NCBI GenBank assembly: GCA_017467745.1
Contig: JAFUKV010000147.1
Coordinates: forward strand, 1 to 47,073
Direction of reading: 5' to 3'
From: Bacteroidaceae bacterium
GTDB taxonomy: Bacteria; Bacteroidota; Bacteroidia; Bacteroidales; CHK158-818
Length of the DNA: 47,073 nt
The position numbers and the translations under genes are program-made. Positions within the stretch are counted from its first letter, which is position 1. Each line of letters begins with the position of its first letter. The notes under the pieces are model-generated. The model saw only the letters and a list, made by a program, of their open reading frames with translations, was not told the DNA's origin and ran no database searches. Below, in pieces: positions 19,222 through 27,655 of this stretch.

Positions 19222-19229
19222 CAAAGTTA
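19222..19229 (-). promoter_or_regulatory. Candidate -7 box (TAACTTTG) for the sigma54-activator/lptE/secG operon
   Basis: Plus-strand CAAAGTTA lies 43 nt upstream of the ATG at 19179. Confidence 0.3.
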
Positions 19230-19259
19230 CAAATAAATTCTGTATTTACAGCGGCTTTT

Positions 19260-20096
19260 TTATACACACTGCCGCCCCGCCTCAAACGTACGCATTCTCA
19301 AAAATTCCGTCAAATCAGCTATATCGGAAAATTGCATTAAATCGTCCGGCTCTATTTGTTTTCCAACACTTACTCTAATAGTTTTGTTCTTTTTATTAAA
19401 TATTTCTTTGGGTAATCTCAGCGATCTCAATCGCCAACTAATCAAACCTATTAAGTTATATAAAGATGAATTATGTCCATGAAAATAGATTGGAATGACC
19501 GGAACTTTTATTTGCTGTATAAACCGAATTACGGTTTGCTGCCATGGTTGCTCCCTCACATGCAATTTATAATCGTATTTAGCAACGGCTCCCGACGGAA
19601 AAAATCCTAAGGAATGACCGTCTTTTATATGCCTCATCGCCACTTTCAATCCCAATACGGAACTTCTATCATTTTGCAAATCTCCGGAAGGAGGAGTAAC
19701 TCCGATAAAATTATCGGCCATCGATTCTACATTTTCCAGAATTTTATTTACCACTACGCGATAGTCTGAACGGACAGAGGCCATTAAATCTATCAAAATA
19801 ATCCCATCCAAAGCCCCATACGGATGATTCGATATTGTTATAAATTTTCCATCAGCCGGCAGTTGTTCTAATATTTCCCGATTATCAACAGTATAGCTTA
19901 CCTGTAATTCCCGAAGTAAAGATGCCGTAAATTCCGCCCCTTTTTTTTCGCAAGAATGGGCATACAGTTCATTAATATCAGCTACTCCTACTACTTTCAT
20001 CAGAAACTTCAACACGACAGTGCCCCACGCAGTACGAAAAAACGGTACTAACTGCTGAAAATCGTTCTGATTCATCACATAATCTTTTCCGCTCAT
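19260..20096 (-). CDS. Lysophospholipid/glycerolipid acyltransferase family protein (PlsC-like, HX4D)
   Basis: NHPYGALDG (HX4D block) and FFPSGAV (block III-like); 278 aa. Confidence 0.75.
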   Translation of the reverse strand: MSGKDYVMNQNDFQQLVPFFRTAWGTVVLKFLMKVVGVADINELYAHSCEKKGAEFTASLLRELQVSYTVDNREILEQLPADGKFITISNHPYGALDGIILIDLMASVRSDYRVVVNKILENVESMADNFIGVTPPSGDLQNDRSSVLGLKVAMRHIKDGHSLGFFPSGAVAKYDYKLHVREQPWQQTVIRFIQQIKVPVIPIYFHGHNSSLYNLIGLISWRLRSLRLPKEIFNKKNKTIRVSVGKQIEPDDLMQFSDIADLTEFLRMRTFEAGRQCV

Positions 20097-20133
20097 CTGT
20101 GTTTCCGATTATAAATCCTCTTGTGATAAATAA

Positions 20134-20174
20134 AAAAGAGTCCCTACCGAAAACCTTCGGCAGAGGGCTCTTTT
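20134..20174 (-). terminator. Terminator downstream of the inositol-3-phosphate synthase gene
   Basis: Imperfect ~15-bp stem (agagtccctaccgaa / ttcggcagagggctct, with one mismatch and one bulge) flanked by A/T runs. It lies between the MIPS stop (20207) and the acyltransferase start (20096). Confidence 0.5.
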
Positions 20175-20206
20175 CTATATAAAGTTATTGTATCGATACT
20201 CTGCGA

Positions 20207-21505
20207 TTAGTCGATATAATCCAACGTTTCTTCTCCAATAATTTTACGAAGCGTATTTTTCAGTTTTACGTATTGTATGAATAAGTCATGTTCGGGTACT
20301 GTTTCGAAATCGTGCATCGGACTCTTGAAGTAGAACGACAGCCATGACTGGATACCTGAAAATCCGCAACGGGCAGCCAAATCTGTCAATAATACTAAAT
20401 CAAGACACAAAGGAGCAGCCAAAATAGAGTCGCGGCAAAGGAAATCTACTTTCAATTGCATCGGATACCCCATCCATCCGAAAATATCGATATTATCCCA
20501 ACCTTCTTTATTATCTTTGCGAGGCGGGTAATAATTGATACGTACTTTATGATAGATATTTCCGTATAATTCAGGATATAAATCGGGTTGCAGAATAGTA
20601 TCTATTACCGACAGCTTACTAACCTCTTTGGTTTTGAAAGAATCCGGATCGTCCAACACTTCACCGTCTCTATTACCTAATATATTAGTTGAGAACCAAC
20701 CGTTCAATCCGAGCATTCTGGTCTTCAACATCGGAGACAAAACGGTTTTCATCATTGTTTGTCCGGTCTTAAAGTCTTTACCGCAAATAGGCACATTCAT
20801 TTTTTCGGCCAATTGCCACATAGCAGGCATATCTACCGTCAATGCGGGCGCCCCGTTAATGAAAGGAACTCCTTCTGCAATAGCGGCGTATGCGTAACAC
20901 ATACTGGGAGCTATTTCGCAACTATTCTCTTTCATTGCTTGCTCCAATTTTGCCAAGTCTTTATGCACTTCGCCCATCGGCAAATATACTTCTGTACTTG
21001 CGCACCAGATAACGACCAAACGGTCGCAATTATTTTTAGTCTTAAAATTACGAATATCTTCACGCAATTGTTGAACTAAATCCCAGCGTGTAGCGGCTTC
21101 TTTTACCCATGTTCCGTGCAACCGTTTAACGAAATTTTGATCGAAAGCGGCTTTCATAGGTTTGATAGCTTGAAGTTCATCTTTCACGCCATCAAGATCT
21201 TTCGGCAACAATACTTCTGCATTTTTAGCAGCTTCGTACACATCTTCTTCAAAAATGTCCCATCCGCCAAATACGATATCATCGAGTTTTGCCAAAGGTA
21301 CTACGTCTTTTATTTTCGGGAATCTGTTTTCATTTCTTTTTCCCAATCTCATAGTAGCTAATTGTGTTATAGAACCTATCGGCTGAGCCAAACCTTTACG
21401 TACAGCCAATGTACCAACAATAAAGGTCGATGCAACAGCACCACCGACACCAACTACCAGTACGCCAAGTTTTCCGTTGGCTTCTTTTACATTAATTTCT
21501 TTCAT
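20207..21505 (-). CDS. ino1: myo-Inositol-3-phosphate synthase (MIPS)
   Basis: 432 aa with an N-terminal Rossmann motif (GVLVVGVGGAVAST) and STNILGNRDG, which corresponds to the conserved MIPS SxNxLGNxDG block. Confidence 0.9.
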   Translation of the reverse strand: MKEINVKEANGKLGVLVVGVGGAVASTFIVGTLAVRKGLAQPIGSITQLATMRLGKRNENRFPKIKDVVPLAKLDDIVFGGWDIFEEDVYEAAKNAEVLLPKDLDGVKDELQAIKPMKAAFDQNFVKRLHGTWVKEAATRWDLVQQLREDIRNFKTKNNCDRLVVIWCASTEVYLPMGEVHKDLAKLEQAMKENSCEIAPSMCYAYAAIAEGVPFINGAPALTVDMPAMWQLAEKMNVPICGKDFKTGQTMMKTVLSPMLKTRMLGLNGWFSTNILGNRDGEVLDDPDSFKTKEVSKLSVIDTILQPDLYPELYGNIYHKVRINYYPPRKDNKEGWDNIDIFGWMGYPMQLKVDFLCRDSILAAPLCLDLVLLTDLAARCGFSGIQSWLSFYFKSPMHDFETVPEHDLFIQYVKLKNTLRKIIGEETLDYID

Positions 21506-21604
21506 TTCTTCATTGTTTTTATATAGCTTATTATAAAAGCTGATGATTAACGTTTTTGTATTTTTAACTTACAATCTACCTATTAGATTTTAAAATCTAT
21601 GTTA

Positions 21605-21612
21605 CAAATATA
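21605..21612 (-). promoter_or_regulatory. Candidate -7 box (TATATTTG) for the MIPS gene
   Basis: Plus-strand CAAATATA lies in the 181-nt AT-rich gap, about 100 nt upstream of the MIPS ATG. Confidence 0.3.
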
Positions 21613-21686
21613 TGAATTATTCATTAAGACATTAGTTTTTTACCAAAAATCTATTTCAGTAAAATAAAAAAGATTCTACAAATGCT

Positions 21687-22406
21687 TTATAATAGCAATT
21701 CTTTTAAATCAACAAAATTATACACAGTATGTTTATGTTCTTGTTTATTCTCTTCGTCTGTCCATCCCTTTCCTTTAATCCAGATAGTCTGACATCCCAG
21801 TGATTGAGCCGGTACAATATCTTTTTTATAACTATCTCCTATTACCGCCGTTTCTTCCGGATGAAGCGCTAACGCTCTCACGCCTAAATCAAAAATAGCA
21901 GGATCGGGTTTCCTAATTTTTACCACAGCCGATTCTATTATTGTTTTAAAATATGAATCCAACCCAAAATCGGACAACACTGTTTGAATGTTTCCATAAA
22001 AATTAGATACCATCACCATCGGATATTTTTCATGCAACAGAGCAATAAGTTCTTTGGCTTTCGACACCGTTTCCCGTGCAAATTCATAACAAATACCGGC
22101 AATAGACACCACGAAAAATTCCACTTTCTCATTCGTTTCTAAATAACCGTGCTCTACAAGATATTGCATTTGTAATTTCACCTTTGTTTCCAAGACATTA
22201 TAAAAATTATGTTCTGGACGGATATAAGGATGTGTAGCCAACGAGCGTTCTCCAAAAACATACGCATCTCGAAACTGAGTTTTTTCAACCGGAACTTGAA
22301 CTTGCGTATAAGCATCCCACAGAACCTCAGACCAATGATCACCATTTGAGTCTATCGTTCCTCCATAATCGAATATTATGCCTTTTATACCCTGTAATAC
22401 GCTCAT
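21687..22406 (-). CDS. HAD-superfamily (subfamily IA-like) phosphatase
   Basis: Motif I variant IIFDYGGTID, motif II MVMVSNF, motif III KIRKPDP and motif IV VIGDSYKKD. Its start overlaps the upstream stop by 4 nt (ATGA). Confidence 0.8.
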   Translation of the reverse strand: MSVLQGIKGIIFDYGGTIDSNGDHWSEVLWDAYTQVQVPVEKTQFRDAYVFGERSLATHPYIRPEHNFYNVLETKVKLQMQYLVEHGYLETNEKVEFFVVSIAGICYEFARETVSKAKELIALLHEKYPMVMVSNFYGNIQTVLSDFGLDSYFKTIIESAVVKIRKPDPAIFDLGVRALALHPEETAVIGDSYKKDIVPAQSLGCQTIWIKGKGWTDEENKQEHKHTVYNFVDLKELLL

Positions 22407-23323
22407 TTCTCTAATACTATTTTATTTACGAAATATTTACATATACTTTCGTGCTTAGATATCATGTACAGCAATAAAATATTCAATACTGTCAACTCAA
22501 ATACGAAATAAAACCAAGGTAAATTCACAAATATGGAAATAAAAAGAACTATTATCCGCGTATTGAACGATAAAATATTGGTGTACTTCATAAGCGGTTT
22601 ACTTTGCTGACGAAACTGGTTTCTTAACCAATCGGGTACATCGTCTCCATATCTCATTTTCATCTGTTGGCGAAACATCTGCATAGATGGCGAAACCCGC
22701 TCCTGCCCCTGCGTGTAATTGATATAAAAAAGCATGATTAGTTTTTTCCAAAAATGCCCCTTCCAAGGCAGAGTTTTATTGGTTTCTTTCAATTTCGCAA
22801 CTTCATCCAATTCACTGCCATTCTTTCCTTTTACCATATAGAGGTGAAAATTACGGTAATAATCGGCCATAGCAGCCTGCCTCACATGAAAAACACCGGC
22901 AATGGCGGCTAAAAAGAAAATAGATGCGTCCCATCCCTGATGCATCATCCGTACACACACGGCAATATATATCGTTATAAACCATAAATCTCCGCTCAAA
23001 CCATCTAAAATACGCCCTATACGAGAATAATTTCCTGTCATCCGCGCCAACTGTCCATCTGCACTGTCCAAAGAATTTGCCAGAACAATCAATGCCATTC
23101 CTACGACATTATACATTAAATCGACATATCCCAATAAAATACCGCCTGCAACTCCTATAAAAATAGAAATCACGGTAACGACATTCGGTACAATCCCGAA
23201 CTTCTGACATAAAAGAGCCCACCTATATCCGATAGGTCTATAAAACAGGAGGTCTAAGGTCTCTTCCGTATCCATAGATTTGAGCGTCGACTCTAACGTC
23301 GGCTTCTTCACATTCTTCTCCAT
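22403..23323 (-). CDS. CDP-alcohol phosphatidyltransferase family protein (polytopic membrane enzyme)
   Basis: DSADGQLARMTGNYSRIGRILDGLSGD corresponds to the DxxDGxxAR...G...D...D signature. The protein has multiple TM helices and is 306 aa. Confidence 0.85.
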   Translation of the reverse strand: MEKNVKKPTLESTLKSMDTEETLDLLFYRPIGYRWALLCQKFGIVPNVVTVISIFIGVAGGILLGYVDLMYNVVGMALIVLANSLDSADGQLARMTGNYSRIGRILDGLSGDLWFITIYIAVCVRMMHQGWDASIFFLAAIAGVFHVRQAAMADYYRNFHLYMVKGKNGSELDEVAKLKETNKTLPWKGHFWKKLIMLFYINYTQGQERVSPSMQMFRQQMKMRYGDDVPDWLRNQFRQQSKPLMKYTNILSFNTRIIVLFISIFVNLPWFYFVFELTVLNILLLYMISKHESICKYFVNKIVLEK

Positions 23324-23341
23324 AAGATTAAACTATAACCG

Positions 23342-24214
23342 TTAATAATGACACACTTGTTTTTTTACTATTCGTTCTATCGCCATTCCAATATACGGAG
23401 CCGCCATATCTCGACAAGGAGCAAAACTAGGCCAGTCATTTAAATCAATAATACGAATCTCTCCATCGGGAGAAATGATACAATCACCTCCATATATATC
23501 CACATTTAAAACCTCCGCCGCTTCCGAACAAATCTCCCGCATTTCATTTTCCGAAAACGGTATTCCGGTCGCTTTTCCATTAATCTGTTCATGTCCGAAT
23601 TTGCTATGATGAAGATCAAATGGGTAAAACCAATAAAAGAAATCGGTTCCTCTTACTGCATAGAACTTTATCAAATCTCCTATTAAATGACGATTAATAA
23701 CGGCTCTTTCTATGCCTCGCATAGCATATTCCGACAATATTCCTTGCGCCTCCTCAGGATGACGGGCAAAACTGACATCCTCTTTATGTATTACATGAAA
23801 ATCTCCCCTTTTTAACCAGCACTGATTCATTTTTTTTTCTTGCAACAGTTCTATTATAGACAACGATGTTTCCACAATAAGACTTTCCGGATAAGGTACA
23901 TGGTTTTTCATCAACAACCTTGTCATTTTTTCGCGAGTGCAGTTCTCAATACCATAACCCGAATTTGTAATGACACACCCTTCATCTTCGAGCTGCTGTA
24001 ACTTCTTTATCGCTGCCTCTGAACGAGACATATTGAAAATAACTTTTTCTTTTATATTTGAAGATACGAATTCCGACTCATCGTACTCATTTACTACGTA
24101 ACCGCGTTCACGTAAAAAAGAAACAACCAAATTGAATATAGCGGCATCGTTGCCCACATGATTAGGCGAAAATTTATTTTCTCTTCGTACTCCGGCTAAA
24201 ATTTCCTTTTTCAT
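23342..24214 (-). CDS. ATP-grasp-fold-like protein of unknown function
   Basis: 290 aa. The C-terminal GEIRIIDLNDWPSF resembles the D/E-x-N Mg-ATP motif of ATP-grasp enzymes (RimK/ITPK1-like xxDxNxFPG), and CWLKRGDFHVIHKEDV resembles a lysine-containing ATP-binding strand. The assignment is by eye only. Confidence 0.45.
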   Translation of the reverse strand: MKKEILAGVRRENKFSPNHVGNDAAIFNLVVSFLRERGYVVNEYDESEFVSSNIKEKVIFNMSRSEAAIKKLQQLEDEGCVITNSGYGIENCTREKMTRLLMKNHVPYPESLIVETSLSIIELLQEKKMNQCWLKRGDFHVIHKEDVSFARHPEEAQGILSEYAMRGIERAVINRHLIGDLIKFYAVRGTDFFYWFYPFDLHHSKFGHEQINGKATGIPFSENEMREICSEAAEVLNVDIYGGDCIISPDGEIRIIDLNDWPSFAPCRDMAAPYIGMAIERIVKKQVCHY

Positions 24215-24246
24215 TAATTTTAATATTAGAACAAACTTCTCTCAAA

Positions 24247-24942
24247 TCAACGCAAAAAAACTTCTGCTTTCGCAATATCCGAAGCATGATCTACATCTAT
24301 AATTTTTGTAAACGGATATGCTTTTAAGTTCAAACCGCATGTTACCAAACGACGCTGGAAATTTCTCATACGCGATACACCTTCGTCTATACACTGCTTC
24401 AACACCGGTATCGCGGCAGATGTCAGCCCATAAATACCGCCCGATATATATTTCGACCCCATATAATCAGCATCTCTGAAACTCAAAATATTATTATCAG
24501 TATCCGTTTCTACATATAAAGGCTTTTCATCGTCTATATAAGAGGTTACCCCCATCAATCCGTCAATTCCAGAAGTTTTGGAAAACGCTTTTACATAAGC
24601 GGCAAAATCATCCTCACGAAAAATAGTATCGACCGTAGTAAGACAAAATTTATCCGATTTTATTCCCGCCGACAGTTCATAAAAACTATGCATTGAACTT
24701 GGCGTAGATTTTACAAGCAAACGTATCGGATATTGTAAAGAAAGCGCTTTTATATGTTCCTGAACTTCTACCATCTCATTATTCACAATAATGTGAACAG
24801 CATCCGCGTCTTGCGCCATAAAAATCTTTATCAGACGATCTATCATATGTTCTCCGCCAATTTTTATTAGAGGTTTTGGCAAAGAAACTCCTTCTTCTAC
24901 TAACCGCGATCCCTCGCCAGCTGCTATTATAGCAAATTCCAT
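24247..24942 (-). CDS. Nucleotidyltransferase (NTP-transferase fold; candidate inositol-1-phosphate cytidylyltransferase)
   Basis: N-terminal AIIAAGEGSRL...LPKPL signature of sugar/polyol-phosphate nucleotidyltransferases; 231 aa. It is the first gene of the inositol cluster. Confidence 0.8.
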   Translation of the reverse strand: MEFAIIAAGEGSRLVEEGVSLPKPLIKIGGEHMIDRLIKIFMAQDADAVHIIVNNEMVEVQEHIKALSLQYPIRLLVKSTPSSMHSFYELSAGIKSDKFCLTTVDTIFREDDFAAYVKAFSKTSGIDGLMGVTSYIDDEKPLYVETDTDNNILSFRDADYMGSKYISGGIYGLTSAAIPVLKQCIDEGVSRMRNFQRRLVTCGLNLKAYPFTKIIDVDHASDIAKAEVFLR

Positions 24943-25084
24943 AATATTTTTTTACTAAAAAACAGAACAAATGTCTACATTTTTATACTCTAATCAAAAG
25001 ATATTACCGAGTTTAACAATCCCTTTTATATGGCAACATAAACTAATAAAACTTTAACAGTTGTATTGGTTTTCATAAAAACAC

Positions 25085-26188
25085 TTAGTCTTCTTTCGAT
25101 TCCGATTGCAAATCAAGGACCTCTTTATCGCCGCTCTTATCAAAATATTGTTTTCTTAACGGATTAGCCGAGATTTCGGCATAGATTTTACGATTGCAAT
25201 AAATATCGATTGCCGTGTACAAGGCTTGCCTGAAAGATGACTCCGAAGCAATATTCTGCCCTGTAATATCGTATGCAGTGCCGTGATCGGGGGAAGTACG
25301 CACTATCGGAAGGCCTGCTGTAAAATTAACCCCATTCTCCATTGCAATAGCTTTAAACGGAGTTAATCCTTGATCATGATACATTGCCAGCACACCATCG
25401 AATTTCTTATAATGGTCTGAACCGAAGAACCCATCGGCTGCATAAGGGCCGAAGCAAAGAATGCCTGCATTCTCCGCTTCTTTTAATGCCGGGATAATCG
25501 TATCGGTTTCCTCCGTTCCCAACAAATCGTTATCTCCCGCATGCGGATTCATTGAAAGTACGGCTATTCGAGGCTTTATTATTTGAAAATCTTGTTTAAG
25601 GCAAGTATTAAAGATTTGCAGCTTTTCAAGAATCAACTCTTTCGTTACTTTTTTAGGAACTTCCGCCAACGGAATATGTCCCGTAACCAAAGCTACCCGC
25701 AAATCTTCACACATAAGAATCATAAGAGATTGCGCACCCTTCCCTAATCTTGATTCAAGATATTCGGTATGTCCGGGAAATGAAAAATTATCAGATTGAA
25801 TATTATTTTTATTTATCGGCGCCGTAACGAGAACATCTATTAAACCTTTTTCCATATCGGCAACAGCGGCTTCTAATGCAAGATAGGCTGCTTCGCCTCC
25901 CTGAGGCGTAGGTTTGGAAAGCTCTACCCTAACCTCTTCGTCCATACAGTTTATAATATTCAACCGAGACGGCAATACGGACAAAGCATCGGCCGCTATA
26001 TTGAAATTAAGAGGTGGAAAATTGAGCGCCTTACGATGATATGCCAACACTTTGGAAGATCCGTACACAACAGGGGTACATATTTCCGTAATACGCGGAT
26101 CGGACAAAGTCTTTAAAATTACTTCATAACCTATTCCGTTTATATCTCCTTGCGTTATACCGACCTTTATTTTATTATTCTGTGCCAT
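25085..26188 (-). CDS. pdxA: 4-hydroxythreonine-4-phosphate dehydrogenase
   Basis: GITQGDINGIGYEVILK, FPGHTEYL and PHAGDN motifs; 367 aa. Confidence 0.9.
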   Translation of the reverse strand: MAQNNKIKVGITQGDINGIGYEVILKTLSDPRITEICTPVVYGSSKVLAYHRKALNFPPLNFNIAADALSVLPSRLNIINCMDEEVRVELSKPTPQGGEAAYLALEAAVADMEKGLIDVLVTAPINKNNIQSDNFSFPGHTEYLESRLGKGAQSLMILMCEDLRVALVTGHIPLAEVPKKVTKELILEKLQIFNTCLKQDFQIIKPRIAVLSMNPHAGDNDLLGTEETDTIIPALKEAENAGILCFGPYAADGFFGSDHYKKFDGVLAMYHDQGLTPFKAIAMENGVNFTAGLPIVRTSPDHGTAYDITGQNIASESSFRQALYTAIDIYCNRKIYAEISANPLRKQYFDKSGDKEVLDLQSESKED

Positions 26189-26200
26189 ATATTATATATA

Positions 26201-27250
26201 TTAATTTATCTGTTTTATAGAATCTGTTTCTACGGTTATTTCTTCTAAACTCATCTTTTGAGGGACTTTCAATGTGTACAATACAGCCTCCATTTTATGA
26301 ACTAAATCGGCTTTACTCATTTCGGGAGCATACACAAAAGCTTCTACCGTTATAAGGCGCTGATTCAATTCGTCTACCTGAGTGAGACTGATATACGGAC
26401 CTCCCATTATATCGCCTTCCATTTCCCATAAACCGCGCATCTCTACGCAATACGCATTATTCAAATTTACAATATGAGATACGGGAGGCATCACCTTTTT
26501 GTGTGTAGTCATATATGATCCTTCCGGACCTCCGGGTATATTTATTTTCATAACCGAATCGCGCAAAGCAATAAGATTCTGCGGATCTAATTGCGAAATC
26601 GAGTTATATGGTACGGCATATACAACATAATCTGTTCGCCGTTTATATGCGCCATTAGATATCCAAAAGAAATTATCCCCCTGTTTTATTTTTCCCAAAT
26701 CGTCAGGCAAAGTCAGTAGAATATTCATCTGTTCATACAACCTATCACTTGCCAACTTATCTGTTTTCTTTTTCAACTGCGCTATTTGTCTCTCCCGTTC
26801 CGCTTTATTCAAAAAATGAATAAGACGCCATTTATTTTTTATGACAAAATCTTTAAGAAGGTCTTTTTCTGACGCTTTAACCCTCAAAACAACCTGCCCG
26901 TCCGCCCAAAGATCTTCACTATAAGAAAGGCGGGGCGATCTTGCATTTTGATCTATTTCAACAATTAAAATGTTCCGAACAGGTTTCAGCAAATCATCAA
27001 ATTTATTTGTAGGTGTTTGCGAAATTGAAAAATAGGGTTCATTCTGCGGCAAACCGGGTATAGGAGAATCTAAAACGTCCCGTACAGCCTGTCCTACCTC
27101 TCCTTTCAGCAGATCTCCGTCCGCAACAACCAGTACTTCGTACGGAGAGCCTATCGCCGACGGTAATAATGAAGAACCGTTACCGCAACTTTGCAATAAC
27201 AGTACTAAACATATCCCCCAATATATGTACCTACCCGGTAGTTTTATCAT
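26201..27250 (-). CDS. Lipoprotein of unknown function (DUF4837-like)
   Basis: Lipoprotein signal LVLLLQSCGNG. The SPYEVLVVAD...PGLPQNEPYF pattern resembles DUF4837 proteins, from memory. Confidence 0.5.
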   Translation of the reverse strand: MIKLPGRYIYWGICLVLLLQSCGNGSSLLPSAIGSPYEVLVVADGDLLKGEVGQAVRDVLDSPIPGLPQNEPYFSISQTPTNKFDDLLKPVRNILIVEIDQNARSPRLSYSEDLWADGQVVLRVKASEKDLLKDFVIKNKWRLIHFLNKAERERQIAQLKKKTDKLASDRLYEQMNILLTLPDDLGKIKQGDNFFWISNGAYKRRTDYVVYAVPYNSISQLDPQNLIALRDSVMKINIPGGPEGSYMTTHKKVMPPVSHIVNLNNAYCVEMRGLWEMEGDIMGGPYISLTQVDELNQRLITVEAFVYAPEMSKADLVHKMEAVLYTLKVPQKMSLEEITVETDSIKQIN

Positions 27251-27278
27251 TATTTTTCTATATAATTACAGACAAATA

Positions 27279-27286
27279 CAAATATA
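27279..27286 (-). promoter_or_regulatory. Candidate -7 box (TATATTTG) for the DUF4837-like/pdxA unit
   Basis: Plus-strand CAAATATA lies ~30 nt upstream of the ATG at 27250. Confidence 0.35.
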
Positions 27287-27383
27287 AAGAATTCTCTCAA
27301 AAGAAGTTCTCTTTAACCGGCTTTTAATAACAGAAAAAAGACAAAAACTTCCCTAATTTTACAATCCGAACTTTATTATTTTC

Positions 27384-27647
27384 CTAACTGTAATTTTGAT
27401 TTATCGCCTCAGTTTTCTCTTTTGTCGTTTGCAACAAACCATCTTTATGCAACATAACGTAAATAGATGCTGTGGAGTATGCCCAACATGTACCTGAGAT
27501 TTGCTGTTTAACCGGAGAAGCCGAAACTTCTGTTATTACAGATAAAGCGGGCGGAACTTTCGCAGGAATACTCACTTTTTCCGTTTTATGTTGTTTTTCT
27601 ATACATGCAATACAACATAAAAAAATAAGCAAAAAACCTTTTTTCAT
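27384..27647 (-). pseudogene. Short lipoprotein ORF resembling the N-terminal stump of a papain-like (C1 family) cysteine peptidase
   Basis: 87 aa with a lipobox (LIFLCCIAC). QQISGTCWAYSTAS resembles the catalytic-Cys block Qxx(S/C)G(S/T)CW(A/S)(F/Y)S. The ORF ends ~30 aa later, and only 133 nt remain before the next gene. Confidence 0.35.
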
Positions 27648-27655
27648 ACAAAATG

